Source: Anthoceros angustus
Taxonomy: Eukaryota > Plantae > Anthocerotophyta
Direction of reading: 5' to 3'
DNA: 64,000 nt
Assembly: GCA_010909165.1 (NCBI GenBank)
Contig: VJWM01000116.1
Coordinates: forward strand, 888,585-952,584
A program made the position numbers and the translations under genes. Shown one piece after another: positions 1 through 11,171 of this stretch (positions are counted from its first letter, which is position 1; the number at the start of each line of letters is the position of its first letter). The notes beneath the pieces are model-generated. The model was not told the DNA's origin and searched no databases. It saw nothing but the letters and a program-made list of their open reading frames with translations.

Positions 1-230
1 CTCGGCACCACTCCCCTCTTCCTCCTTGGGCGGTTGTAGGCCGCCGGGACCTCAAGGTCCATCGCCTTGGGTCCTCTCGGAGGTTCTTGGACCGCACCTC
101 CTTGTTGACCGCCTTGAGGGGCTCGGCACCCTCCCCTCTTCCTCCTTGGGCGGTTGTAGGCCGCCGGGACCTCAAGGTCCATCGCCTTGGTCCTCGGAGG
201 TTCTTGGACCGCACCTCCTTGTTGACCGCC
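1..230. repeat. ~121-bp direct tandem duplication (2 copies) in a GC-rich, probably TE-derived segment
   Basis: ctcggcacc...cttgttgaccgcc occurs at 1-113 and again at 122-230 with small indels. Confidence 0.85.
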
Positions 231-1001
231 CGGCATCTTGGGCAAACTCCGGACGGTGTTGTCAAAGGTCAGACCATTTGGAACACATCCAAATGCCACT
301 CCTGCACCAATTCTCCTTCCACGGGCGAGCCCAAAGTCCGGATAGCGCGGGTCACAATGTTGCGCTCCACAAGGTTCCATGGCTCCCAAACTTCGCGGGC
401 TTTTGGGTGCCATCGCCTTCTTCTCCCTTGGTTCTTTGCGCTTGCTGGCAGCGCGTTGAGCCTCTTCGCGCGTTCGCTTCCGACCTCAGCGGTGAGCGCG
501 CGAGCGTCAGTGTCCACGAGATACCGCGAGCGGTTGCGGGCGCGAGATCGCGAATTGTCTCGAGGCGGCGCGGTGACCTTCTTCGCGACCACGCCGGAGT
601 AACGGCGGGCGGGCGCCTCTTCCCCGTGGCCGAAGTGCATGGCCTGCGCTTCTGCTGCCAGCGTACTCGGCCCACTTGCGCGCCGCGGCGTGAATACTGC
701 TATAACGGCCTCAGCAGGTTACGGTCACGACCCTGCATGCCGTCCTCCACTCGATTAGTCACGTGGCGTCGCCCGTCCGTCTCCAACTTCTAAGTTACCT
801 TCCGTGCTTATCACCTGGTCACAGGTGGGTCGGTCTTACCCCGCGCCATCGTAGGTCTAATCGTTCCTCACTCGGTCGGGGGTATACTCGGTCGTCCGAG
901 TGCTAAGGGCTTATTTCCTCCTTTTCGCCTCATTTATCCTTCGCTCCACAAAAACAAAATCCTACCTAATTTCTAACCCCCCAGGGAAGTCCGTAGTCCA
1001 C

Positions 1002-1199
1002 AGCCACCTAGGTGGCACTAGTTAAGCCACCTAGGTGGCACTAGTTAAGCCACCTAGGTGGCACTAGTTAAGCCACCTAGGTGGCACTAGTTAAGCCACC
1101 TAGGTGGCACTAGTTAAGCCACCTAGGTGGCACTAGTTAAGCCACCTAGGTGGCACTAGTTAAGCCACCTAGGTGGCATTAGTTAAGCCCCCTAGGTGG
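1002..1199. repeat. 23-bp tandem array (8 full copies + 1 partial) built on the 14-bp palindrome GCCACCTAGGTGGC
   Basis: Unit agccacctaggtggcactagtta repeats at a 23-bp period from 1002. The last copies are degenerate (attagtt, agcccccta). Confidence 0.95.
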
Positions 1200-1244
1200 T
1201 TTCTATTTTAATGCAAGTGGCTTACTATTTTTCTCCCCTTAGGT

Positions 1245-1780
1245 AAGGGAAGGAAAATAGTAACCAGCAAGTGGGTATTTAAAATTAAGAGAAAGAGAGA
1301 TGGCTTTATTGAGCGATATAAGGCATGTCTAGTGGTAAGAGGGTTTACCCAAATTTCGGGTTTAGATTATTTACCTTATGCCACATATGCACCTGTAGCC
1401 AAGTTTGCTTCTCTTAATATGATCTTTGCCCTCACCACACAACATGATCTTGAACTCCATATGATGGATGTTAAGTGAGCTTACTTATATGGCCGTCTTG
1501 AAGAAGAAATCTACATGAGACAACCAGAGGGATATGAGGTAAAGGGCAAGGAGGACTGGGTATGCAAACTCATCAAATGGATTTATGGCCTGAAACAGTT
1601 AGGCAAACGATGGAATGTCACAGTACATGTCAAGCTAGTTAAGCGAGGCTTTAGGCAAAGCAAGGCTGATGCTAGCATGTTCATATTATTATCAGGGAAT
1701 GATATTCTCTACCTGTTACTTTATGTTGATGATGTATTCATGGCTTCATCCTCATCTTCTCTCCTCGCCGAAATTAAGGT
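1245..1780 (+). pseudogene. Ty1/copia reverse transcriptase (RVT_2) fragment, degenerate
   Basis: Translates KGRKIVTSKWVFKIK..RYKACLVVRGFTQ..TYAPVAK..MMDVK*AYLYG.LEEEIYMRQPEG..VCKLIKWIYGLKQ..LLLYVDD. It has the YVDD catalytic motif, an in-frame stop, and is truncated. Confidence 0.93.
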
Positions 1781-2212
1781 TGATACAATTGGTATCTAGA
1801 TAGTGCACTACAAGAAAATGAGGGTTTTTACAACGGGTATTACAATGCGGCGGCGTAAAACTGCGCAACAATGCCGTTGTAAATCGAGAGCTTCATGACG
1901 TTGTAAAATTGCTGACATAGCTAGTTTCAGTGCCATATCATTAAAGTGGTGATGTGGTGCCACATCACTGCCACGTCACCAAGTGATGACATGGCACGTG
2001 GAGCAACCTCACACATATGTTATCACCAGGACTCTTTTGAGTTATATTCCCCAACAATACAGGTCAGACTCTTTACCTCCACCAAGTCCTTCATGTTCTT
2101 GCAATGTGCAAAAATTTAGTATTAGGTGCAAGTCTCTGTAGAGAACACACTATGCAGGTGATCCTAAATGCAGATAGCTATCTCATTTCTTACACAAGTA
2201 ATAAAAAATTAG

Positions 2213-3104
2213 TCATTTGCACATGCATTTTAGATTGGAAGGCTGTGCTGAAGCCAAACGAACAGTGAGAGTTGAGGGGGTTGCCGAAGATTGTTTCTTA
2301 GCAACGTATGCTCCAGATGGGGCCTCTTTCCTAGGCTCGCCATTCTTCTTTTTTCTGCAATCCTTCTCCATATGATTTGGTATCCTGCACCTATTGCAAA
2401 TAATTCCACTCTTCTTGTTACCTCTTCCAGATGTATAAGAAGATAAAGTTTCTCCAATGAGAGTAGGATCAGTAGGATTGGCGAAATGTGTGGGAACTGG
2501 TCCTTTGCCACGACCTCGGCCTCGCCCTCTGGCGTCTCTGCCTCGTCTTGTATACATCACCTGCTGTCCACTTGATTGGGAATCTTGCTGTCTGCTTGAC
2601 TCCTCTTGAAGGAGTGCTCCTATCAACTTGGTTAGATTGATGTCCAAATCTAATTGGTCGTCGTCTTCGCTCATTTTCTTTTGAGTACTTGAAGCATAAT
2701 AAAGTTGCTGCCAAATGCAAGGCCTCCTTGGAGCAAATGCTCCATATAAGTGATCTAGAATAGAAAATGCATAGTATGAATGATGCTTTAGAAGGTGGCA
2801 AGAAATATGCTTGAGAATCTAAAACCAAAGCTCTGATACCATGATGGGAATCACGCACACACTCGTACAAAGCTTGTTTGTAGTATTGCTTGAATAATAG
2901 AAAGTACAAGAGAGTGTTATATAGTGGAGGTAGTCGATAGTTACGACTATAAGTTGTTGTAACTACCATACGTGGTTGTAACTAATATAACAACTAACCA
3001 CCAAAATAACTACCTTAGGAAACTATGTAGTACCCTAGGCATATAATAATTATTAAGTAAAGGTGCCCTAATGAATAGTGCTCTAAACCTAGTATATTTT
3101 ATCA
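2213..3104 (-). mobile_element. 5' piece of an LTR retrotransposon (LTR + Met-tRNA PBS + truncated gag)
   Basis: PBS TGGTATCAGAGC on the minus strand at 2830-2841 directly abuts a TGAT..ATCA bounded segment (2842-3104, putative LTR). ORF 2213-2674 has a CX2CX4HX4C zinc knuckle (CNRCRIPNHMEKDC) after an RGRG-rich tract. Confidence 0.75.
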
Positions 3105-4574
3105 ATCCTCCATAAACGAGTTGTGGATGATGGCTTCCTTATAAACCATAGGCTGTCACGTTGCTTGACACATGATTGGCTAGAGAATCTCTTGTGACCA
3201 CAACAAAAGTGGAGGATATGACTGGGATGATGCAAGCCGATGCTGGTGGAGACTGTCTTGCGGGTGGGAATCTGTCCTTTGTTGGCATATTTTTCTCCTG
3301 AGGGTGGTCCACAGTTCCATGTTATCATGGTTTGCTATTGACAATTCTCTTGCCATTACCACAATGTTTTGCAGCTGATTTCACTTTCAAAATACAGGAA
3401 TGAGTGGAGGAACTGTACTTGGACGGCATGATACTACTGTTGCCTGCCATCCTGCTGGCGGGCATCTGCAGTATTGATGTTGATAATTCTATACCCTAAT
3501 GCATGTTCTGGTGTTGTCCATTTTTACCTTTTGCTAGCATGTGTTTGTGCTTATCTAGCTTTTAATGCAAGAGGAACTCTTCAAGGGACTGCACTTGGAC
3601 CACATGACACTGCAGATGGATCCTGTCCTGTTGGTGGGCATCTGCTGAACTTTTGCATGTCAAATTTTTCTATGTTCAAAGTATGTTGAGTTGTTTATCA
3701 ATTCTATTGCATTTGATAGCATGATTTGTTGATGATCCGGGCTGATCCTGAAACAGGTACAAGTGGCGGTGCATTTTCTTGAACTGTATAGATAAACTCA
3801 GAAGTGGTAAGCCGCATACTGCAAACATGGTAACCCACCCAGCCCAGTTTGTATGATAATGTACCTTCTTGTTTTGCTTGTTTTCCTGAGATTGTCAACT
3901 ACTCATGTTGTCCATTTTGTGCAGAACATTTCGGGGAAGCGCACAGCCGATGATCTTGGCCTGGAGTGATAAACTGGTGCGGTTTTGCAGCATGGGGTAC
4001 TGAACGTAGTATGCTGAATCCGGAGTGAAACATGCTGTCAGCTTAGTGCCATAGCTAGTTCCCTAGATTTCATAGCATATGCATCTGTAAAGCGTGAACC
4101 TATATCTCTGCTTTAGATCTGAGAAGCTCATTGCCCGCTGTAATTTTCCCTCCCCTGAACCAATATTAATAAAATTCAATAATTTATGAATTTTCGGTAT
4201 TTATCTAGAATATTACTATTTATATTAATTTTAAAAATTAAACTACCAGCTTACGTTACAATGTAACTAGCAGCAACGCGGGGCACGTCCAATGCTACCT
4301 GGTTAAGTCATTCTGGTTAGGTGACCCCAATTAATATACTTTGGTTACCCTAACTTTGGTTTATTAATTGTAGTACAATACGCTGGTTACGTAACCTTGG
4401 GTTACAAGAACCCATGGTTACCTTAACCAGGGTAAACCTCGTATTAAAACCCAATGTTAAATCCGTTGCATTGCACGTATTTGTACCCGTTGTAAGGCGC
4501 GTTGTTGCATATTTTGTAAATCACATATTAAAATATATGTGATAAACTCTGTAGTAACCTAAAACCTAAACCCT

Positions 4575-4680
4575 GACATGCTGATATGGCATGCACAATG
4601 ACATGGTAGGATGACGTGGCATGCATAGTGACATGGTATGATGACGTGGCACGCACAGTGACATGGCATGTTAGCATGTT
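4575..4680. repeat. ~30-bp subterminal tandem repeats of the CACTA element
   Basis: tggcatgcacaatgacatggtaggatgacg and variants, about 3 copies. Confidence 0.7.
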
Positions 4681-7022
4681 CCAAACCTATCACTGAACCT
4701 CATTTACAACAGGCATTTCCCTTTACAACCATAGATGGCAAAAGTGGCACAAGTATTTACCTATTTACAATGTTATTGGGGACGAATTCAGTACAATGCT
4801 TGGATTTACAATATGTTATTAAATAACGGTGTAAATGGCATTTTAATTCCCATTGTAAAAGCACCTATATTCTTGTAGTGCACGTGGGTGGCCCACAATA
4901 TGCGCAGAATGTGGCACCGAAGATGCCACCACTGGGTGTCATGAAACTGCTGTCCGGGGTGGCAAATTGAAGGCTACATGTCCATTTTGTGTGTGGGTTG
5001 CAGCATTGTTGAGTGCACTAGGGTTGCATTCCTCCAAGCATTGCAGCCATGGGGAATTGAAACGTATAGGACATTGATGTCGGTGGTGCAGGAACTGCAT
5101 ATCGCGAGGGACAATATGTATGTAAAGAGCTTGGAGGACATGGACTTCCTTCCGGAATGAAAGGGCCTCCGATCCTCATTCCCAAGTCCCTCATGAAAGC
5201 ATGTTCTTAAACACAGGTGAAAGTGTTTCATCAGACTGAAATGTATCAGCTGCACATTGCACTGAAGGCATTACCCGAATACCTCCAGTAGTGGACGGAG
5301 GCTAAGGCCACATTGTGGGCGTGGACAACGATCACCCTGCTCCGGGCTGCAGTGCACCAAGTGTGAGGAACTTGCGGACCAACTTTGAGGCTCTTCTGGG
5401 ATTGATCGGGGTGTAGGATGTAGAGAAATCTTTTGTGCTCTCCCACCACGAGGTGGGAACGCAGATCGTGTGGAATTTTCATTTGCATGGAATTAAGGCT
5501 GTCAAGACTTAACATGCATGGGTAGCTTCTTCACCGTTGTATTGTAGAATGTTATGTCATCGCATAGTCTTCCTGTACGTAAACATTCATGTAGAAGTAA
5601 TGTTAGTTGAGCTTGATCAGGTGAGAGTGTGATGCACCTTGAGAAATCTACTACCGGATTTGAATGGCTTTTCAACTAGCACTCATGTTTAATCCAATCG
5701 GAGAAGCGGGGAGAGGGAGAGACCTTTGCATGGTTTGCACCCTCAAGCATCATCTTGGTTGGCCAGCTTATTGGAATGCACACCAGATGCACGGTGGAGG
5801 AAACACACTCTTGAATATGTAATCCTAAACCCAAGCCATCGATTTGGACAACCGATGGCGGGCCGTTGCATCTGGCAACGAACGGGAGCGAACATCCGGG
5901 GCCTTTGCGTGGGGGCGAGACATGTCCAGCAAACATGTGCTTGTGTGTTCCAGGCGAACAAAAACATGCGTATGCGTGCAAGAAAAACCCTAAACGGCAA
6001 GAAAACACCTAGATGACAAAATCCGAACATCATAGCCCAAGTTGTGAGACAAAAAATTTTCTGCCGCATACGATGATGTGGCCCATATAAGAGGAAGGAA
6101 TCTCGAAGATGCCGAGGCATCTGAGTGTAAATACTGACGAAAAAAAAGTTCTCACACACAAGTCGCCCCATGACGACTTCGGTATTCCATACATCAGGTC
6201 TAATTTCTCGAGAGACTAATTTCTCGTAAATTGTTGGTTTATTATTATAAAATTATTATACAACGAGAATACGATCTTGCAGATGCGTCAGGTGTACAGC
6301 ATTACCTACATTCAAAATACTTTTGGGATGGCCTCCCTATATAAAGACTGAGATTCTGACCAACAGGATATTTTCCGAGTGGCCTATTTAGAACCATGGA
6401 ATCGTCCATCATTTGGTAAGAATACTGCAGATCGCGAATTATGTCTTACTTCAGGGCAACTTCAGACACCAAAAAAATTAGCCTGATAGACATAGCCCAC
6501 AGAAGCACCAGCAAGAGCTACCTACGTCTAGCCATGCGATTGCTAGAGGGATTTCCCTCCGTAGAAACCCACAGCCCCTAGCCCCCCGCTCCCCCCTTTC
6601 CCTCGCGTCCCCTCCTTCCCCCCTTGTGCTCTTCGGCTCACGTCGGCTGAAGACAAACAATGTGATAGAACAATGAGATAGTGTCCTGTTCAACTGGAAA
6701 ACCCCACAATCAGCATTATTCAAGAACTAATCCTAAAGCTAATCCCCTCCCCGCGTCTGTTCCTGCATGGATAGTCCTCAAGGACGAGGACCGGAGCAGC
6801 GATGGCCAAGCACTAGTCCACCGAAGCTTCAGAAGTCTCAAAATTCATCATAAGCTGTAAAAGTGTGCTCACCACGCAAGCACTGGAACGGCTCTCAGGC
6901 TATGTACAGCTTCCGGAAGTTTCTGCCCACATTACGGACTGGTGTGGGTGCTGACTCAGAGAAATTGAATCAACCGAACGCCAACAAATATTGAGTGGTC
7001 ACAATCGTAGCGGAGGCAACAG

Positions 7023-10000
7023 TTAAGAAACCCCATCAACAGCATTCTCCCAGTCATCCTGAACGTCTTCCCCAGTAGCCTGAATGACGGCCGAGGCACT
7101 ACCTGTGGCATGAGCAGTGGACTTATGGATCTGCAATGAACTTAAACCTGCACTGCTTGCAGAACTGCTTCCTGCACTTGAATCATGCAATCCTCCACCT
7201 TGCTCCAGAGCACCCCATGGATTTTTCAAGGACACAGGTTGGACCGGTTTCGGTTGCCATGCACCCTTGAATTCCTCTTTAGAATTGTCCTCGCCCCACG
7301 CATCTTCAACCCAGGATTCCTTAGAACTTTTCTTCCTTGAAAGTGTTCGAAAACCTGTCACTTGTGGCTGAGGTGTTACCAATGCACTTGAGCTTGGGCC
7401 CCATGGATTCAGACGACTAGCAAGAGTTGAAGATCCACCCTGTGACATCACTACAGCTCCTCGATAAGATGAGGCATGCTCCACACGCCGCAAGGCTGTT
7501 GCTGCCCTTAGTGGGTCTCCAAAAATAGCCAAAGCGTTCCTATCATTCAACCAAACCAACTCACACTCCCCTCCAAACCTGAGGACGAGTGTGCTGACAT
7601 CATCTGCTTCTCGGGGAAGATCAAAGAGACAGACCACCAAACTTGGCTCCATATCAATACTGGGGTTGAAAGGGGCCGCTGATGCCTGGCCAACAAGAGG
7701 CAGAGGTGCTTTTGTAAGCAAGCCTCGTGCAGGTGACTTGGACTTCGGTGTCACATGGACAACCACAAACCTGCGTGGATCTCGTCCAACACCGGTAACA
7801 GTAATTCCCCACCTCTCCCCTAGCTGATGAATAACTTCCCTCCTTTCTCTAGGAAGAGCACAGAATACATGTAATTTGACAACGCCTGCTCCATTCCTGG
7901 GTCCAAGCACTAAGTACTTCAGCCTATCCTCTACAGCCCCTACCCACTGTGGCTCCCTTCGAATTAACTCTGCCAATAATTCAGGGCCCACCAAGCCACC
8001 TTCGGCTCCAGAGACTGGCTCGCCAGGGGTGACCGCCCCAAATGCATCAGCAAGAATACGCCTCTTCTCAAGTTTTGAACACTTGTCATCGCAGACCAGC
8101 TTCCTCTGCCCCATTGGAACATGAGTAGTCCCTTCAATTGCTTGCAACGCAAGTGGTGGCAAAAGCACTGCATCCATAACACCTCCCTTACTTGCCTCTG
8201 CATCACAAGGGACTTCAGCTGTCAATCTTCCACAGGAGCATGTTATAGTCACCATCACTCTGCAACGACCCTCAGGACATGATGCTGAGGGATGGCAAGG
8301 AGCGACACAAGTGTGGGGGCAATCACGACGTGGAGCTCCACAAGGTTGCCCACAGGAAGCCCTGGATTTTCTTTCAGCAACCCCTGAGCTGTTTCCACTA
8401 TCAGCAACACTTGAGCTGTTCCCAATCTCCAACCCAGTCTCATGCATGTCACATGGGGGTGCATGGCAACTGCGGGCACATGCATGTAGGCCACACTGTC
8501 TTGTCCTGCCACAGAGCTTGTTGCATTTGATGTCTCGAGAGCCACATGGAACTGCCCTCAATCTCACATGATTACCAACACACACCTTAGCCACAGGAAG
8601 TGAGCATGGTGGGCAATCTCCAAAGTGACACAGGTGACTGGGCTCGTGACCACAGGCCTGAGGAATGGAGCAAGGTCGCTGACACGAAGGAACCGGTGTG
8701 CCACAGGGTACCGGAGGTGGCACCGAGGCTGCACCACAAGCACAGGACAACTCTGTAAAAGAAGACTCCAAACATGGTGGGCAATGTCCAGCATGGCAAA
8801 GCTCCTGACAATCATGCCGCTTACAACGCAATTTTTTCCCACACTTCAGTATACAGAGGTGAGGGTTATGATTGCCATCTGATAAATCTTTGCAGCACCT
8901 GTTATTGCATCTGTGTCTTCCACAGTTCTTCAACGATCCGCATGTCTTCTCACAGAGGAAGTCCCTATCAGACAGTATCTGTTCACCAACCTCCCCATCC
9001 TTGCCTCCTCCTCTGTTCATCACGTTCGTGACGTAGCAAGGCACAGTTCTTGTTGAAGAGCCACACCGACATTTCTGCTCAGAGGGAACCATACACATAG
9101 AACAAGGGCCTGTATGACAAGCACTTTCACACATGTGCTTCTTACATGGTAAAAGCTTCCCACATTTCTGCCCACAGGTTGGCACTGGATCCAAACAGCT
9201 TCTCCTTACGTGGCCCAGACCGAGTAAAAACTGCACGGATTCCTTACCACAAGGGCATGTCACTACTTTGGAAGGAGAAAGTTCACATCCTTCACAGCTT
9301 CCTTCATGACATGTCTGCATGCACCTGTGATTACCGCATACCAGCATACCTCCACAAATGGACCCACAAGAGAACAGACCCTTTTCCCAAGTTAAGTCAC
9401 CATAACGTTCTAATTGTCCACACGTTGTCAGTTCCTCCTTCGCGCCACAAAAACACCTGGCAGTGAAATCAACCTGGCACACATCGCATAGTCCTTCGTG
9501 ACAAACTTTGGCACATGAATGTCGTCCACATAGGAGGGTACGCCCACATGTCTGTCCACAGCAATCTGGACTCTTCTGCTGGTCAGAACAGCGCCGTGTA
9601 AGTGTCACCTTTCCACAGGGACATGGATGAGGTGGAAGAAGTGTCATGCACGGAGGACAGGGTCCCGGATGACACTGCATGGTGCAGTGGTGCTGGCACT
9701 TCTTTCCTTTGTCCAGTGCCTTCTTGCATGTTTGTCCACAAGAATGGGGTGTCAAATAAAAATCCACGGGAGGATCCACTAAATTACCACAGAAACACTG
9801 ATACCTAATCTCCTTGGCACTGGTTAGCTGGACAGTTTGGCAACCCGGGCACCTCCAATTCCCTTCGAAGGCATTTCCTTGACCCGACACAGACAAGTCA
9901 GCTGAAGAGGGAGCTCTGGCCCACTTCTTTATGCAGGCAAGGTGGAAAATTGCATAACAACTTGCACATGACCACACTGCAGCCTTACGGCCCACCATAT

Positions 10001-11171
10001 CGTAGCATATCATACATTCTTGTTCCCCGTTTGCCAGCTTATCCTGAAGCTCTTGAACCAGATGAGGGACAGGCGGCTTGGCCTCCCTCCAATATCCTAC
10101 AGAGGGACCTTCCAGACTGTTCTCTGACGCGGTTGCACCCGTGAGTGGTTTAAAGGTTCCCTGATATGCAACAGGCTGGGTGGAGACGTAAGGCGCAACG
10201 GGTCTCCAGCTAGTGGCTCCTCCACGCCCATTCCCAGTCCCAGGTTGGAAGTGATTATTACCAGCTCCTGTGCTCACGGACAGACCATGAAGAGCTTCAG
10301 TTGCTGCGTCCCTTGCAGCTACCAAAGATCCCGGGGGAATAGAGCCTTTATCTTGTTGGCCCCCGAACCCATTTTGGTGTCCCGCTCCGCCATGCAAATT
10401 TGGCATATACCGGGCTCTTCCTCCATTTCCATACCCTCTACCCCGTGGCTGCGGTCTAGTCTGGATACCTTTTTCAGCAGGCATCCCATTAGGCCTCCCC
10501 CTACCGTTACTGAATCCTTGCGCGTGTAGACCATTCTGTGTCCTGAAATCCTCGTTGTTGCCTGGCTGAGAAACATCTAATTGACCCTGACCCATCGAGA
10601 AATGATCACCCGCGGCACCATTGCCGACAGAATTTGAGTCACCTACTGAATGGAACTGCACTGAGTGCTGGTGAGAAGGCCCCGGACGATTGTAAGAAGT
10701 GCCTGAATGATTGCCTCCAGAATTTGAGTCACCTATAGACTGCAACTGCACTGAGAGCTGGTGAGAAGGCCGCGAACGATTGTGAGAAGTGCCTGAATGA
10801 TGCTGAGGAAGCCCTGGATTCTGTTGTGGATGGCTCCGAAACCCAGGAGGGGCATGCAAAGTTCTCGAAGGCGGGGCAACACTACTCTCTCCACCCCTAC
10901 CATTCCAGAACGCACCATCAGAAACATAGCCCTGATACTGTTGGCCGGAAGAGCTCCCAACCCCTCCGAGCCCATTCACGCCACGACCAGCCGCCGCCCC
11001 CTGCCGGCTCCCTGAATCCCTCCCTGAGGCCGCATCAAACCGTCCCAAACCCTGAACCCTAGCTCCTGGTGGGACGAAGCCCGGCAGCGGAGAAAACCCT
11101 GGCGGATGCTGGAGAACCGCAGCCCCAGCTCCATCCCTTCGGGATAGGGTTGCAGACCGCTCATGATCCAT
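7023..11171 (-). CDS. NFXL1: NF-X1-type zinc finger protein (RING/PHD + NF-X1 Zn fingers + R3H-like), intronless
   Basis: ECMICYDMVGRKAAVWSCASCYAIFHLACIKKWAR..WRCPGCQ (RING/PHD), many C-x-x-H-x-C-x3-CH-x-G-x-C-x-x-C NF-X1 fingers, and an R3H-like LHVFCALPRERREVIHQLGERW. Start placed at ATG MDHERS (11171). The frame stays open upstream to 11867, with another ATG near 11237. Confidence 0.92.
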   Translation of the reverse strand: MDHERSATLSRRDGAGAAVLQHPPGFSPLPGFVPPGARVQGLGRFDAASGRDSGSRQGAAAGRGVNGLGGVGSSSGQQYQGYVSDGAFWNGRGGESSVAPPSRTLHAPPGFRSHPQQNPGLPQHHSGTSHNRSRPSHQLSVQLQSIGDSNSGGNHSGTSYNRPGPSHQHSVQFHSVGDSNSVGNGAAGDHFSMGQGQLDVSQPGNNEDFRTQNGLHAQGFSNGRGRPNGMPAEKGIQTRPQPRGRGYGNGGRARYMPNLHGGAGHQNGFGGQQDKGSIPPGSLVAARDAATEALHGLSVSTGAGNNHFQPGTGNGRGGATSWRPVAPYVSTQPVAYQGTFKPLTGATASENSLEGPSVGYWREAKPPVPHLVQELQDKLANGEQECMICYDMVGRKAAVWSCASCYAIFHLACIKKWARAPSSADLSVSGQGNAFEGNWRCPGCQTVQLTSAKEIRYQCFCGNLVDPPVDFYLTPHSCGQTCKKALDKGKKCQHHCTMQCHPGPCPPCMTLLPPHPCPCGKVTLTRRCSDQQKSPDCCGQTCGRTLLCGRHSCAKVCHEGLCDVCQVDFTARCFCGAKEELTTCGQLERYGDLTWEKGLFSCGSICGGMLVCGNHRCMQTCHEGSCEGCELSPSKVVTCPCGKESVQFLLGLGHVRRSCLDPVPTCGQKCGKLLPCKKHMCESACHTGPCSMCMVPSEQKCRCGSSTRTVPCYVTNVMNRGGGKDGEVGEQILSDRDFLCEKTCGSLKNCGRHRCNNRCCKDLSDGNHNPHLCILKCGKKLRCKRHDCQELCHAGHCPPCLESSFTELSCACGAASVPPPVPCGTPVPSCQRPCSIPQACGHEPSHLCHFGDCPPCSLPVAKVCVGNHVRLRAVPCGSRDIKCNKLCGRTRQCGLHACARSCHAPPCDMHETGLEIGNSSSVADSGNSSGVAERKSRASCGQPCGAPRRDCPHTCVAPCHPSASCPEGRCRVMVTITCSCGRLTAEVPCDAEASKGGVMDAVLLPPLALQAIEGTTHVPMGQRKLVCDDKCSKLEKRRILADAFGAVTPGEPVSGAEGGLVGPELLAELIRREPQWVGAVEDRLKYLVLGPRNGAGVVKLHVFCALPRERREVIHQLGERWGITVTGVGRDPRRFVVVHVTPKSKSPARGLLTKAPLPLVGQASAAPFNPSIDMEPSLVVCLFDLPREADDVSTLVLRFGGECELVWLNDRNALAIFGDPLRAATALRRVEHASSYRGAVVMSQGGSSTLASRLNPWGPSSSALVTPQPQVTGFRTLSRKKSSKESWVEDAWGEDNSKEEFKGAWQPKPVQPVSLKNPWGALEQGGGLHDSSAGSSSASSAGLSSLQIHKSTAHATGSASAVIQATGEDVQDDWENAVDGVS

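Larger units (their letters stand above)
1806..4880. mobile_element. Non-autonomous CACTA (EnSpm/CMC)-type element
   Basis: Left end CACTACAAGAAAATGAGGGTTTTTACAACGGG matches the reverse complement of the right end, CACTACAAGAATATAGGTGCTTTTACAATGGG. Subterminal TGACATGGCA/TGCCACGTCA repeats lie at ~1910-2000 and ~4575-4680. No 3-bp TSD (gtg vs cac) and no transposase ORF. Confidence 0.75.

Noticed and set aside
1002-1199. CRISPR-like palindromic repeat array
   Set aside because: Units are contiguous with identical 9-bp linkers (no unique spacers), there are no cas genes, and the context is eukaryotic.
5246-5515. Tyrosine recombinase suggested by PHDLRSH on the minus strand
   Set aside because: Isolated motif in a short ORF with no other catalytic residues in register. 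The region looks like decayed sequence of unknown origin.
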